Source: an uncultured bacterium (GTDB taxonomy: Bacteria; Acidobacteriota; HRBIN11; JAKEFK01). Taken from it: 64,000 bases of DNA. The position numbers were made by a program, and so were the translations under genes. Below the pieces are notes generated by a model that was given only the letters and a program-made list of their open reading frames with translations, was not told the DNA's origin and did no database searches. Numbering within the stretch: position 1 is the stretch's first letter; each line of letters begins with the position of its first letter. The stretch is from contig CAVZQN010000004.1 in NCBI GenBank assembly GCA_963777505.1, positions 992,001 through 1,056,000 on the forward strand, in the 5' to 3' direction. Shown piece by piece: positions 35,898 through 47,083 of this stretch.

Positions 35898-37249
35898 AAA
35901 ATCGATCATTACTTATCTGGATTTTCATGTTTTCGATGTTCAATTCGTTCATCGCTTTTGCACAACACACAGCGCACAATACAGCACAGACTTCCAATGA
36001 AACGCTCAATACAAAGTCGCGTGAGGCCATTATTAATGAAACAGCAAAAGGGCTGAATGACAATTACATCTTTTTGGAGACGGCCCAAAAGATGGAAGAA
36101 CGGATCCGGACACAACTAAAAAGCGGTGCCTATGACAAACTCACAAGTCCTGAAGAATTTGCCGCAGCGATCCATAAAGATTTGCACGAAGTCAGTAAGG
36201 ACAAGCATCTTTCTTTTCATTATGATCCGCAAGGAGTCGCAAATATCCAACAATCAAACAGCCAGAACAAAGAAGAAGCGCAAAAAGCAAAAGAAAAACA
36301 ATTGGCTTCAGTACGTCAGGACAATTTTGGATTTCGAAAGGCTGAGCGGTTGGATGGAAATGTCTGCTACTTGAGATTTGATTATTTTGCTTTTGTTGAA
36401 GGTGCCGGCGACGCTGCTTCAGCAGCGATGAATTTCCTTTCGAATTGTGACGCTCTTCTAGTGGATCTAAGAAAAAATGGCGGTGGACATCCCGCGCAGA
36501 TCCAATATATAACAAGCTACTTTTTCGATTCACCCGTTCATCTGAACGATATCTATTCGCGTAAAGACAACAGCACCGAACATTATTGGACCCTTCCTTA
36601 TGTTCCCGGACGAAAGATGGTAAACGCGGATATTTATGTTCTCACGAGCAGCTATACTTTTTCAGGCGCAGAAGAATTTTCTTACAACTTAAAGAATCTG
36701 AAACGCGCAACCATAGTCGGTGAAACCACAGGTGGCGGCGCGCATCCTGTTGAGCCGGTTGTTGTTTCAGCAAAGTATGTGCTTTACGTTCCGTACGCAC
36801 GGGCGATTAATCCGATTACAAAGACGAATTGGGAAGGTACTGGAGTTACACCCGATGTGCCGGTGCCAGCGGATCAAGCATACGATAAAGCATATCGAAT
36901 GGCAGTTGAAAAACTGTTAACGAAAGCTCAAACATCAGATCAAAAAAGCGAATTGGAATGGGTGCAGTTGAGCTTAAAGTCCCGCGAAAATCAAGTGACG
37001 CTCAGCGATTCTATCCAGCAGAAATATGCTGGCGCTTATCAGGACCGCAAGATCTTTTTTGAAAACGGCACACTGTACTATCAGCGCTCAGGTCCGCGAT
37101 ATAAGATGATAGCTCTATCAGACACAATTTTTGAGCTGGAAGGGTTGACCGATTTCCGTTTAGAGTTTGTAGTGAAGGATGGGAAATCCGTCGAAGTCAT
37201 CGGAATTTATCGTGGGGGCTCTAAGGAACCTTCCAAGCGCACCTCTTGA
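35894..37249 (+). CDS. S41 family peptidase (IRBP-like), exported
   Basis: DKHL, DLRKNGGG, TFSGAEEF, VGETTGGGAHP, NWEGTGVTPD; overlaps the tetR stop. Confidence 0.9.
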   Translation: MKNRSLLIWIFMFSMFNSFIAFAQHTAHNTAQTSNETLNTKSREAIINETAKGLNDNYIFLETAQKMEERIRTQLKSGAYDKLTSPEEFAAAIHKDLHEVSKDKHLSFHYDPQGVANIQQSNSQNKEEAQKAKEKQLASVRQDNFGFRKAERLDGNVCYLRFDYFAFVEGAGDAASAAMNFLSNCDALLVDLRKNGGGHPAQIQYITSYFFDSPVHLNDIYSRKDNSTEHYWTLPYVPGRKMVNADIYVLTSSYTFSGAEEFSYNLKNLKRATIVGETTGGGAHPVEPVVVSAKYVLYVPYARAINPITKTNWEGTGVTPDVPVPADQAYDKAYRMAVEKLLTKAQTSDQKSELEWVQLSLKSRENQVTLSDSIQQKYAGAYQDRKIFFENGTLYYQRSGPRYKMIALSDTIFELEGLTDFRLEFVVKDGKSVEVIGIYRGGSKEPSKRTS

Positions 37250-37309
37250 AACTCCTCTTCGTGCTTTTTGAATTGATTGAAATATATTGGTTCAATACAG
37301 GAGGTGTTT

Positions 37310-37798
37310 ATGGCCAGTGAAGACCGATTTCAAGAGCTTAAACAAAAGTATGTCAAAGTTCTGAATGTGATCAACAAAGAGGACCTTAACATAGAAAAAA
37401 TGCACGTCGAAAACGACAAGTTATACATCCGGGGGAAGGCGCCATCAGATGATGCGAAGAATCGATTCTGGGATGCAGTTAAAACGATCGATGCGAATTA
37501 TGCAAAGGATTTTACTGCCGAAATCTCGGTAACACCCAAGAAAGAACAAGCAAAAGCTGCTCCCGCGCCTTTAAAGCCTGGAGTTACGCCGGTTTCAGGA
37601 ACAAGTGCTCAAGCCAAACCGGCAGAAGAAACTTACACTGTTGTGAAAGGCGATACACTATCTGCGATTTCGAAACGATTCTATGGCAATGCCAATGAAT
37701 ACATGAAGATATATAACGCAAATCGTGATCAGCTAGACGATCCAGACAAAATCCAAATCGGGCAAGTCCTTAAGATTCCTGCTGATAAAAGCGCTTGA
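37310..37798 (+). CDS. LysM domain protein (Kbp/YgaU-like)
   Basis: GGAGG RBS; [44 protein letters not shown]. Confidence 0.88.
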   Translation: MASEDRFQELKQKYVKVLNVINKEDLNIEKMHVENDKLYIRGKAPSDDAKNRFWDAVKTIDANYAKDFTAEISVTPKKEQAKAAPAPLKPGVTPVSGTSAQAKPAEETYTVVKGDTLSAISKRFYGNANEYMKIYNANRDQLDDPDKIQIGQVLKIPADKSA

Positions 37799-37852
37799 AG
37801 TATTTTCTTAACGCCGAGTTCGCCGAGAATACTTTTTATTCTCGGCGTATGG

Positions 37853-39055
37853 CTAATCGATGTAGCCTGCTCTGTGACGCAGATCCGCTTTGGTTTTTGT
37901 TTTCACCTTAATTTTGTGATATTCGCCGGCTTTTTTATGGTCAGGGGCTTTGTAACAAATTAAGTATTGATGTTCAAGATCTTTCATCACCTGAGCGAAG
38001 CCGAATTTGAAGTTCAAAGAGTTTCGGAATGAAACTCCTCCCGTGTCGTCTGCGACTATATCCATGATTTCCTGGTGATCTCTCAGGTAGTCGTTGTCTT
38101 TCGGATAATACTTTTTGTCAAATTCCAATGTTGTGTCAACAGTACTGATCGGTCCGCGAGTATTAATTGTATAGATCGTCAAATTATTGACATTCATCCT
38201 TCCAATCAGTTCTTTTACTTCTCTTCGAAGGTCCCAACCGATGCCACGCATCCCGCCTAAAGGTAGTCCTTCTTCTGCATCACCGGTTTTGGCTCTGACT
38301 AAATCAAAATACTGTCGTCCTGGTTCAATGTTGAGTCCACCTGATATCAATAGAACGACTGTGTGCTCCGTTTGCTGAAGCTCTTCTATAGTTGATCCGA
38401 ATTTTTTCAGCGCTTCCAATATACTGCGCGCTTGGGCAATCTCCTCCTCTTGATATTGAACTGCATAATCCAGTGCTAATGGAATCAATTGAGGCTTGAA
38501 TGGTTTCTTCTCCAGGATGTTAATAATTTGTTTTCTTTTTAGCATCATTTCTTGATCACGATGCAAATTTCCGGAGAGTTTGTCTAATTGCTCCCGAACT
38601 TCACTGACCTCTTTAGTAAAAGGAACAACCGGCTCATACGGTGGATACACTGCAAGCATCATCTCAAGGTCTTTTTCATCTATTTGATTTAGAAACTCAT
38701 CCAATCTGGATTGCATGTACTGAAATTCGACTTCAGACGTATTAATCTGATCGAAAAAAATTGCCAACCGTTTTCGGGTTAACGGGCCTTGATCTGCTGA
38801 AGATTCTTGAGTTTGTCCTTCACTCGATTCAGTCGAAGCTTCTAAAGGAAGGAGGACTTCTTCAAAACAAGTGGAAGCCATTTTTTTTCCATCTTCTTCA
38901 ATTTCGAAATCATTGACAGTTAGACCTGTGACGGGCTTCCCGTTGCGATCTGCCTTGACCCAAACTTGAATTGTTTTGACTTCTACTTCTTCTTGAGTTT
39001 GTGCAATGAGTGTAAGCGCAATAAAAAATATGCAAAACGTCAGGATGTATTTCAT
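37853..39055 (-). CDS. VWA domain protein (acidobacterial VWFA-related)
   Basis: DRNGKPVTGLTVNDFEIEEDG, LLISGG, IYTIN, ADDTGG, YLICY..YHKIKVK..RAGY. Confidence 0.85.
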   Translation of the reverse strand: MKYILTFCIFFIALTLIAQTQEEVEVKTIQVWVKADRNGKPVTGLTVNDFEIEEDGKKMASTCFEEVLLPLEASTESSEGQTQESSADQGPLTRKRLAIFFDQINTSEVEFQYMQSRLDEFLNQIDEKDLEMMLAVYPPYEPVVPFTKEVSEVREQLDKLSGNLHRDQEMMLKRKQIINILEKKPFKPQLIPLALDYAVQYQEEEIAQARSILEALKKFGSTIEELQQTEHTVVLLISGGLNIEPGRQYFDLVRAKTGDAEEGLPLGGMRGIGWDLRREVKELIGRMNVNNLTIYTINTRGPISTVDTTLEFDKKYYPKDNDYLRDHQEIMDIVADDTGGVSFRNSLNFKFGFAQVMKDLEHQYLICYKAPDHKKAGEYHKIKVKTKTKADLRHRAGYID

Positions 39056-39082
39056 AGATTGATTCCTTGTAGATTCTCAGGA

Positions 39083-41092
39083 TCATTTAAAGTGTTTTTC
39101 GAACCATTTCATGCTTCGATCAATGATGTCGATTTGATGCTTTGGTTCTAGAATAGCGTGTCCTTCACGTGGGTAACGAACCATGATTGTTTCGACTCCA
39201 ACATCTTTCAGCGCGATATAGAATTGCTCGGACTCAGTGATCGGAACATCCTGATCATTTTCGCCGTGTAAGAGCATGGTTGGCGTTTTTACTTTTGCAA
39301 CATGTTTAAGCGCCGATCGTTCCCAGAGGATATTCATCATATCACCTTGGTGCGGCAACAAACCCCATTCCATTTGTTCGTACATATTGTAATAAGTCGT
39401 GTAGTTATAACTGATGTTGTTGATCACCGGTGCTCCAGCGATTGCAGCTTTGTAGATATGAGTTTGTGTAATGAGCCACGCGGTTAGTTGCCCGCCATAA
39501 CTCCAACCTTCAACTCCGATCCGGTCTCGATCGATCCAGGGGTAGCGTCGCATGGCTGCAAAAGTTCCGTAAAGAACATCCTGCGCTTCATTCCCATTTT
39601 GGTCTGCAAAAACAGCATCCGAAAAATTTTGACCATAGCTGCTTGACCCGCGAAAGTTCACCATCAACGTGGCCCACCCGCGAGCTGCATACGATTGTGC
39701 TTTCAAGTGGAACACTCTTCCGCGTGCGCCATGCGGGCCGCCATGAATATGAACAATTAAGGGATATTTTTTGGTTGGATCGAGGCCGATCGGTTTTGTA
39801 AGGAATGCTTCAATTTCGAATTTGAAATCATTGCTAATGAATTTGAACGATTCGATTTCCGCTACCTTTAAACCATTCACTACTTCTGAATTCAAATCAG
39901 TCAGTTTTCTGGAGCTTCCACTTTGGTCCTTAAGATATAACTGAGCGAGATCCGATTCGGACATATATGTGTATGCGATATCAGAATTTTTTGAAATGGA
40001 GAAGTGCTGTACCTGACCCTCTTCTGTTGTGGCGGGAACTGCTTTTTCACCGTTAACGGTGATTCCGTAAAGTTTTTCACTCCCTCTTTCCGAAACCATG
40101 CAGTAAACGATCGTGCCATCCGGAGACCAAATTGGAAGGTGCTGGCGGTTATCGATACTTTTCCCAATTTCTTTTTTGTCAGATCCATCCGCTTTCATTA
40201 TCCAGATATGGGTATCTTCCATATCTGTTTCCAAATCGGTGAGCCCGCGTCTGGTTCCCATGAATGCGATTGTTGATCCATCGGGTGACCATTGAGGCCA
40301 AAATTCAGCACTTTCCGTGGCCGTCAATCTGCGGATCGATCCATCAGCAACTGTCAGTGCAAAAAGGTCTGGATTGTAAAATAGATCAGGGTCTGGTTCG
40401 CGATTCGAAACAAATGCGATCTCTTTACCGTCAGGAGACCAGTCGATTGAATGTTCTTCGAAATTGCCTGTGGTTTTCTGTTCAACTTTTCCTGATGCAA
40501 CATTCACAATAAAAATGTGACGCCTTCGATTGTCATTGAAACGTGTTGAACCTTCATCATAGCTAGGCTTATATAAATAACGCGTAATCACTACAGGATC
40601 TCCCGTGGCTAGCTCTGTTTCAGGACCGGGCGTTGTTGAAACAAAGGCGATTTGTTTAGAATCGGGTGACCATTCGATTGTCGTTCCTTCATAGGTTAAT
40701 GGACTGTTTGTCCCTTTGATTTCTGAAAGAAAGCGTAGATCGGTCCCGTCTGAACGTACGATCATCAGCCCTTCTTTATCGCCGGTCTTACCGTTCAGTG
40801 CGATCCAAGTACTATCGTTTGACCAATTGGGACCCGATCCAGAATCTTTTTCAGTAAGGAGACGTACGGATTTGCCGTTAGTCAGATCCATAACCCAGAC
40901 TTGATTTGTGGTTTTTCCTGTCTGAGGGTTATTCGCAACTGTGTATGCGATCTTTTTTCCATCAGGGGAGATTTCAGCCTCTTTTACCGATTTCATTTTG
41001 TAAAAGTCTGAACTCTTTAACGTTTGCTGGGCGTTTGCAACAGAAAAGGAAGAAAGAATTAGTAGCAGAAAACATTTCTGAAAAAGATCCAT
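39083..41092 (-). CDS. S9 family peptidase with beta-propeller
   Basis: WSPDG repeats, IHGGP, GWSYGG, HGENDQDVP, REGH. Confidence 0.93.
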   Translation of the reverse strand: MDLFQKCFLLLILSSFSVANAQQTLKSSDFYKMKSVKEAEISPDGKKIAYTVANNPQTGKTTNQVWVMDLTNGKSVRLLTEKDSGSGPNWSNDSTWIALNGKTGDKEGLMIVRSDGTDLRFLSEIKGTNSPLTYEGTTIEWSPDSKQIAFVSTTPGPETELATGDPVVITRYLYKPSYDEGSTRFNDNRRRHIFIVNVASGKVEQKTTGNFEEHSIDWSPDGKEIAFVSNREPDPDLFYNPDLFALTVADGSIRRLTATESAEFWPQWSPDGSTIAFMGTRRGLTDLETDMEDTHIWIMKADGSDKKEIGKSIDNRQHLPIWSPDGTIVYCMVSERGSEKLYGITVNGEKAVPATTEEGQVQHFSISKNSDIAYTYMSESDLAQLYLKDQSGSSRKLTDLNSEVVNGLKVAEIESFKFISNDFKFEIEAFLTKPIGLDPTKKYPLIVHIHGGPHGARGRVFHLKAQSYAARGWATLMVNFRGSSSYGQNFSDAVFADQNGNEAQDVLYGTFAAMRRYPWIDRDRIGVEGWSYGGQLTAWLITQTHIYKAAIAGAPVINNISYNYTTYYNMYEQMEWGLLPHQGDMMNILWERSALKHVAKVKTPTMLLHGENDQDVPITESEQFYIALKDVGVETIMVRYPREGHAILEPKHQIDIIDRSMKWFEKHFK

Positions 41093-41223
41093 AACTTACT
41101 CCTGAAGGGTTTTTCAGCTTATAAGGATAGCAGTGAAAGGCGTATAAGGAAGTATCCGTTTTGTTCGACCTTATCGATTTAAATGCCTATTATTAATTCA
41201 CCTCCCCAGGGTGAGTTGGTTTT

Positions 41224-43667
41224 ATGGCTCCTTCTGGCACACTGAATCGTTCTCATTTAATCGCAATTCTGCTTTTTTTCGCTCTCAATCTTGCACTTCT
41301 ATTTGTTTTTCACGAAATTAATTTGCCCCATGTGCTGCTTTTCATAGTCTTCTTCCTTGTTTGGTGTTCACCTGGATACTTCTTTGCGGTCCTTTCGAAC
41401 CGAGAAAATCGTCGTGGCCCGTTTTTCTGGCTCGTTGCGATTGCCGCCGGCTATCATCTCAGTTCCCTGTTAGTCGTTTTTGCCGTAAAAGCGTTCTCTG
41501 TCCCGGCGTGGGGTATAGCCCTCTTTATGGGATCAGTTTTGCTAACTGTATTCCTGATTTTTCATAACAGGATTCTGACTCAAGTAAAAAAATTCCGTCT
41601 GTCGCGATCAGGAATTGATTTTTTCTCGCTGGCTCTGGTTCTCGGTCTTGCGCTCATATTTATCTTTTTTGTAATTTATCCGCATGCTCAGGCAGGCAAA
41701 ACATCTGCTGACGGTTTCCATTACAATGACCTGTTTAGCACAGTTTTTTTCAAACATGTAAGCATTACTGGAGAACTTGCCAGAAATATTCCTCCGGAGA
41801 ATCCTTTTTTTGGCGGCGAGAAGCTGAACTATTACTGGCTTTTTTACATTTTTCCATCTGTTGCACACTCCGCACTTAATATCCCGCTTGAAGAAACTCT
41901 GTACTTACTGACCTGGGCAATTGCAGTTATAGGCCTGTTTTCGATTTTGGTTATGATTCATGCTTTTTCCACTCGCACATCAGACTTAATGATGGCAGTT
42001 ACACCTTTATTGTTTGCCTACAGTTACGATGGCGCTCTCGTACTGGCAAATTTGAAACACGATGAAAAACCATTGTCCGAATTTACTTCAATCAATATTG
42101 ATGCAGCGGGGCGAATGTATCTTGATTCGCCTGAAGTGATCGGTGTGTACCGTGGATTTGTTTTTGATCCACATCATATGTTTGCAATCTGTCTTATGAT
42201 CCTTTCGTTTTTATTGTTCAGGCGAGTGCTTCACAAACCTTCATGGATCGTCGCAGCAGCTGCATTGTTTTTGTTCGGTGGAGTTGCCGGGCATAGCGCT
42301 TTTGTCGCTTATACCGCAGTTTTATGGATTGCCGTCTGGCTATCGATAGAGTTAATCAAAGGACGTGCAGCATATTCTGAAGAACGGAAAATTTCTGGCC
42401 ATTGCTGCGTTCATAGTTTTGTTTTACGCAATTTTTTATTTCAGGTTTCCTGGATTTTATGAAATGGAAAAGTCGGGATCTGGACATCGGCATGTCATCG
42501 CAGACCCCATTGTTTCTATTAATTGATTTTGGGGCATTGCTGATTCTTGGAACGCTCGGACTTGTTTTAGGCATTAAGAAAAAGGATGGACGAATTCTTC
42601 CAGTTGCCGTTTTACTTCTAATCGGTTTTTCGCAGCTTCTCTTTACCTTTTTTCCGGAATGGCCACATGATCTAAGTATGAAAACAGGGCATTCGATTTC
42701 TATTGCTCTTGCTTGTTTAAGTGCGCACTTTTTTTCAAAGCAAGCAGCAGGAACTGTCCGTAGAAGAATTGCGAAACTAGGATTTGCTTTTATTATTTTT
42801 CCAGCATTACCAACACTTGCAATGGACTGGTATAACTTGCAGCAATCCGACAGCGAACAATCCGATACATTAATAACAAATGAAGATCTTGCGGCCTGCA
42901 AGTGGATTAATAAAAATGTACCCGAGGATGCCGTAGTGCAATCATTTCCGTTCCGTGACGGAATTGCATTCTATTCATTGATTCCAACTTTTGCTGAAAG
43001 AAGAACAGCGCTCGGCGATTTGATGCATTCGCGCATCTTTCAAGGAGACACTGAACGGAACAAGAATCGCCGTAAGTTAATCAATCTTATGTTTTTGACT
43101 GAATCTCCTGAACAAACATGGTCAATAGGGCAAAACCTGGGGATCGAATACATTTACAACGGTCCAACTGAAAGGAAACTGTTTAGCGATAAGCAGTCGA
43201 AGTTCAGGGATCAAAACCTCTTCGAAAGAGTTTATGCAAATCGCCTTGTACGTATTTATAAGTTAAATCCGCGCCTCGAAGTTCAATCTGATTCCTATAA
43301 TGAAGACCAGGATCAAAGTATTGTTGATGTGGAACTCGCAACCGGTTTTAACACGATGTGGTCCGAAAATACCTGGAGGGCTGTGGAGTGGAGCGGCGTT
43401 TCCGGATCAACACTTTCTTTGAATACACCTCACGAGTTTTCAGGCATTCTTATGTTTCGGATCAGAGCACCGAAACCTGTCCGGCTTGAAGTTCATTACG
43501 GCGACTCTCATGAAGCGATTAAGATCGAACCAACCTGGCAATGGATTGAGTTAGATAATTTATCCCTGACAAAAGGTACCAACAATATTCAGTTTATGCT
43601 TCCAAATAACAACAATCAGAGATTTCTGATTTCGGAAGTGTTCTTCTTCGGCCACCAAATTCACTGA
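41224..43667 (+). CDS. Polytopic membrane protein, probably GT-C-like glycosyltransferase; probably one gene split by two +1 shifts (~42360, ~42480)
   Basis: PPENPFFGGEKLNYYW loop; a third frame bridges the two ORFs with a TM helix (KFLAIAAFIVLFYAIFYF); C-terminal WINKNVPEDAVV..ERRT domain. Confidence 0.65.
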
Positions 43668-43841
43668 GTTTTTGTAGTTAGGTATGCAGTCGCCGAAGGC
43701 AACAGTACCGTAAAGCTTTGTGTCACGGCACTGCCTCGCATTTGCTCGGCTGCGTGCCTTACTTCAAATTCAAAAAAAACTTGCCTTTTCCAATTGAAGC
43801 CTATCCATATAAGTGATAGCAAAAAAACAATGGAGGATAAT

Positions 43842-44300
43842 ATGAAGAAACCCCGTTTTATGGTGGTTGCATTTGTTGCAGCGATCAGCATGTTAGTCTC
43901 TGGCTTTTCCTGGGCTGTACCTCAAACAAGATTCGCAGTGCTGAATGGTGGAGTTGAGGTGAATGATGATGGAGTAGCTGGAGCAGGAGATACCAATGGT
44001 CGTGGCTCAGCAACGATCGTGTTCGATCCTGCAAACGGACAATTGTGCTTTGCGATTGCTGTTACAGCAATTGGAACTCCCGTTGCTGCACACATCCATC
44101 GCGCGGCAGCTGGCGTCAATGGAGGAATTGTTGTTACTCTGACACCTCCTTCTTCTGGTTCGCCCGGTGCTTCGAGTGGATGTGTAACAGGTGTTGCACA
44201 AAGTCTACTCCAGAATATTCAGAATAATCCGTCAAACTTCTACGTTAACGTTCACACTGAAGATTTTCCGGCTGGTGCAGTTCGCGGACAATTATTCTGA
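43842..44300 (+). CDS. CHRD domain protein, exported
   Basis: AAHIHRAAAGVNG, YVNVHTEDFPAGAVRGQL; GGAGG RBS. Confidence 0.92.
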   Translation: MKKPRFMVVAFVAAISMLVSGFSWAVPQTRFAVLNGGVEVNDDGVAGAGDTNGRGSATIVFDPANGQLCFAIAVTAIGTPVAAHIHRAAAGVNGGIVVTLTPPSSGSPGASSGCVTGVAQSLLQNIQNNPSNFYVNVHTEDFPAGAVRGQLF

Positions 44301-44414
44301 GTAACTTTAGCACTCACAACCGCCAATGAACATAAGTGGAGGCTTGGCGGTTGGGGAGTGATTGCGCTGTTATCAGGAGTAAACCTTTTTGTTTTATTGT
44401 TGGTCTAAACCGTC

Positions 44415-46856
44415 ATGTTGGATACCGCACGACGGGAATTCCGCCATTCCATTCGGATCCTCAAGACCCGGCCTGGTTTTAGTGCTGCTGTTATACTGAC
44501 GATCGCACTCGGGATATCTTCAAATACCACAATTTTTTCAGCAATCGATACTGTTCTTTTACGATCGTTGCCATACAAAGATTCTGATCGAATCATTACG
44601 ATCTGGAATCGTTACGGTAAGACTGAAGAGACAAGGTTCAGATCTTCCATTTCACCTCCCGATTATTTTGATCGTGTAGAACAAAGTAAGACCCTTGAAT
44701 CTGTTGCCGCCTTGACGATGTCAACCCTGGATTTAACCGGTAGCGGTGAGCCCAAACGGATTCAGTCGTGTCCTGTAACCGCATCCTTTTTTCCATTACT
44801 TGGAGTTCAACCATTGCGAGGGCGTTTCCCTACGGTTGAAGAAGATCAGACTGGCAAAAACAATGTTGTTGTTATCAGCCATAACACATGGAATGGAATT
44901 TTTGGAAGAGATCCTGAAATCATCGGGCGACAAATAAATCTCAGTGGAAATGTTCACACAGTTATCGGCGTCATGCCTCCTTCCTTCCGTTTTCCAACTC
45001 CGGAAATTGGCATCTGGTATCCGATTGCTTTTAAACCGGAACAAAAAGGGGATGACAATCGTGGGAATGAATACCTGTTAATGATTGGACGAATCAAAAA
45101 GGGTATTACTCTCAGCCAGGCTGTAACCGAGATGGAAGTCATTGCTGCACGAGTGCCAGTCAATGTTCCGGCACGACGTGATTTCTTACTGGGTGGAGGT
45201 TGGGGTTCAATTGTGATCCCCCTTCATGAATTTTTAGTATCGGATATAAAGCCTGCCTTACTTGTTTTAATGGGAGCGGTATTTTGCGTGTTCCTTATTG
45301 TTTGCGCAAACGTTTCGCATCTGATGCTTGTCCGATATTCAGAACGTCGCAAAGATATTGCGATCCGAGCAGCTTTGGGTGCAGATCGCTGGCAGCTTAT
45401 TCGTACACTGCTTTTCGAGAGTCTTATTTTGAGTCTGGCTGGCGGAGCAGTCGGCCTGATTCTGGCGCGATGGGGTCTGCACTTATTGACCTTTATTACA
45501 CCTGTCGATGTTTCCTTTTTTGGTGAAATTCAAATCGACCTTCGAGTTCTTGCATTCGTAGTTGTGCTGTCTTTTTTAACTGCTTTCGTGCTTGCACTGG
45601 TTCCACTCATTCAATTTAACAAAACGAATATACAGCTGTTCATCAAGGAGACATCACTGAATGCCTCGGGTAGATCCCGGCGTCATTATGCGTTGGTAAC
45701 CATTGAAGTCGGATTGGCTTTGATTCTTTTTTCGTGCGGAATCATTTTGATGAAAAGTTTTCTTTTGCTTTTGGAAGAAAAACCGGGATTTGAGCCGAAG
45801 GATCGAGTGACTCTTTCACTTTCAACTCCGGCTTCAAGATATCCGGCGGAGAGCCATCAAGCTGAATTCTATAAAGAACTCCTTCAACGGATCAGATCGC
45901 TTCCAGAAGTTAAATCAGTGGGAGCCAGCGGAACGTTGCCTTTAACGGGTGAAAATTGGACGGCTACCTTTTCGGTTCAAGGGCATAGACCGGCTCCTGG
46001 CGGAGTAAGCCCAGGATTTGAATATCGCGTTGTAACACCAGGTTGGGTGAAAACGATGGGAATACCGATTCAATTCGGGCGGGATTTTAATGACCGAGAT
46101 ACCAGCGATTCGCCGCTTGTTGTGCTCATCGATGAACAATTAGCTGCCCGTTATTGGAAAGGAGCCGATGCAATTGGAAAAAAGATTGGATTTGGAAGTG
46201 ACGAAGGTACGATAAAGTACCGTGAAATTGTGGGGATTATAGGATCTGTTAAAAATCTGAATTTGCAATCGCCAGGGAAAGAGCAGGTTTATTTACCCCA
46301 CTCACAATTGGTGATCCGTTCAATGTTTGTGGTCGTTCATACTAAAGTAAGTCCGCTGACTGTAATTCCTGCAATTCGAAGCCGTGTATCAAATTTAGAT
46401 TCGAATTTACCAATCGATCGCATAAGAACGATGGAGCAGATAGTTCACGATTCCGTTGCACGTCCCAGGTTTCAAACATGGGTACTTGGATTCTTTGCAA
46501 TCTTGTCGTTTGTTCTGGCCATCATCGGAATTTATGGCGTTATCTCATATTCAGTCCGGCAGCAAACTCGCGAGATTGGCATCCGCATGGCGCTGGGTGC
46601 TACGCAAGAAAATGTTACCTTTCACATTGTCTGGTACGGCTTAAAAGCAGCTTTGCTCGGAATTGTTTTTGGAGTAGTCGGTGCATTGGCTTTATCCAGG
46701 CTCCTATCATCGCTCGTCTTTAAAGTGCGCCCAGGCGATCCAGTGATCATGATCGGGACCGCGATTCTGATGTTTATTGTGGCCTTCCTTGCCTGTTATA
46801 TCCCTGCGCGGCGAGCAGCAAAAGTAAATCCCGTAATTGCCCTCCGTTACGAGTAA
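44415..46856 (+). CDS. Duplicated MacB/FtsX-type ABC permease (ADOP-like)
   Basis: IALGISSNTTIFS, LIVCANV, IRAALGA, REIGIRMALGA, PARRAAKVNPVIALRYE. Confidence 0.92.
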   Translation: MLDTARREFRHSIRILKTRPGFSAAVILTIALGISSNTTIFSAIDTVLLRSLPYKDSDRIITIWNRYGKTEETRFRSSISPPDYFDRVEQSKTLESVAALTMSTLDLTGSGEPKRIQSCPVTASFFPLLGVQPLRGRFPTVEEDQTGKNNVVVISHNTWNGIFGRDPEIIGRQINLSGNVHTVIGVMPPSFRFPTPEIGIWYPIAFKPEQKGDDNRGNEYLLMIGRIKKGITLSQAVTEMEVIAARVPVNVPARRDFLLGGGWGSIVIPLHEFLVSDIKPALLVLMGAVFCVFLIVCANVSHLMLVRYSERRKDIAIRAALGADRWQLIRTLLFESLILSLAGGAVGLILARWGLHLLTFITPVDVSFFGEIQIDLRVLAFVVVLSFLTAFVLALVPLIQFNKTNIQLFIKETSLNASGRSRRHYALVTIEVGLALILFSCGIILMKSFLLLLEEKPGFEPKDRVTLSLSTPASRYPAESHQAEFYKELLQRIRSLPEVKSVGASGTLPLTGENWTATFSVQGHRPAPGGVSPGFEYRVVTPGWVKTMGIPIQFGRDFNDRDTSDSPLVVLIDEQLAARYWKGADAIGKKIGFGSDEGTIKYREIVGIIGSVKNLNLQSPGKEQVYLPHSQLVIRSMFVVVHTKVSPLTVIPAIRSRVSNLDSNLPIDRIRTMEQIVHDSVARPRFQTWVLGFFAILSFVLAIIGIYGVISYSVRQQTREIGIRMALGATQENVTFHIVWYGLKAALLGIVFGVVGALALSRLLSSLVFKVRPGDPVIMIGTAILMFIVAFLACYIPARRAAKVNPVIALRYE

Positions 46857-46879
46857 TCTTTGTGTCTTTGCGGCAGTCA

Positions 46880-47034
46880 TAGCCCCCGGCGTGAGCCGGG
46901 GGATAACGGATTGGTGAAATAAACCAGCCCGCTTCAAGCGGGCGAAAGACCGTTTTACTATGACTGTCTTACGCCCGCCTTGAGCGGGCTAAATCTTTAT
47001 GTGGCCCTTAACCCCCGGCTTACGCCGGGGGCTA
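46880..47034. repeat. 155 bp nested palindromic element (REP/IS200-605-end-like)
   Basis: Outer arms TAGCCCCCGGCGTGAGCCGGGGG / CCCCCGGCTTACGCCGGGGGCTA; inner arms AGCCCGCTTCAAGCGGGCG / CGCCCGCCTTGAGCGGGCT. Confidence 0.75.
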
Positions 47035-47083
47035 AAAGCAATTTAAATTTGCATTTCGATTTCCCAGAAATATTAGTTTCTAC

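Noticed and set aside
43682-43758. Possible riboswitch or ncRNA upstream of the CHRD gene
   Set aside because: It can form imperfect nested stems, but I recognise no riboswitch consensus; more likely a degenerate palindromic repeat.
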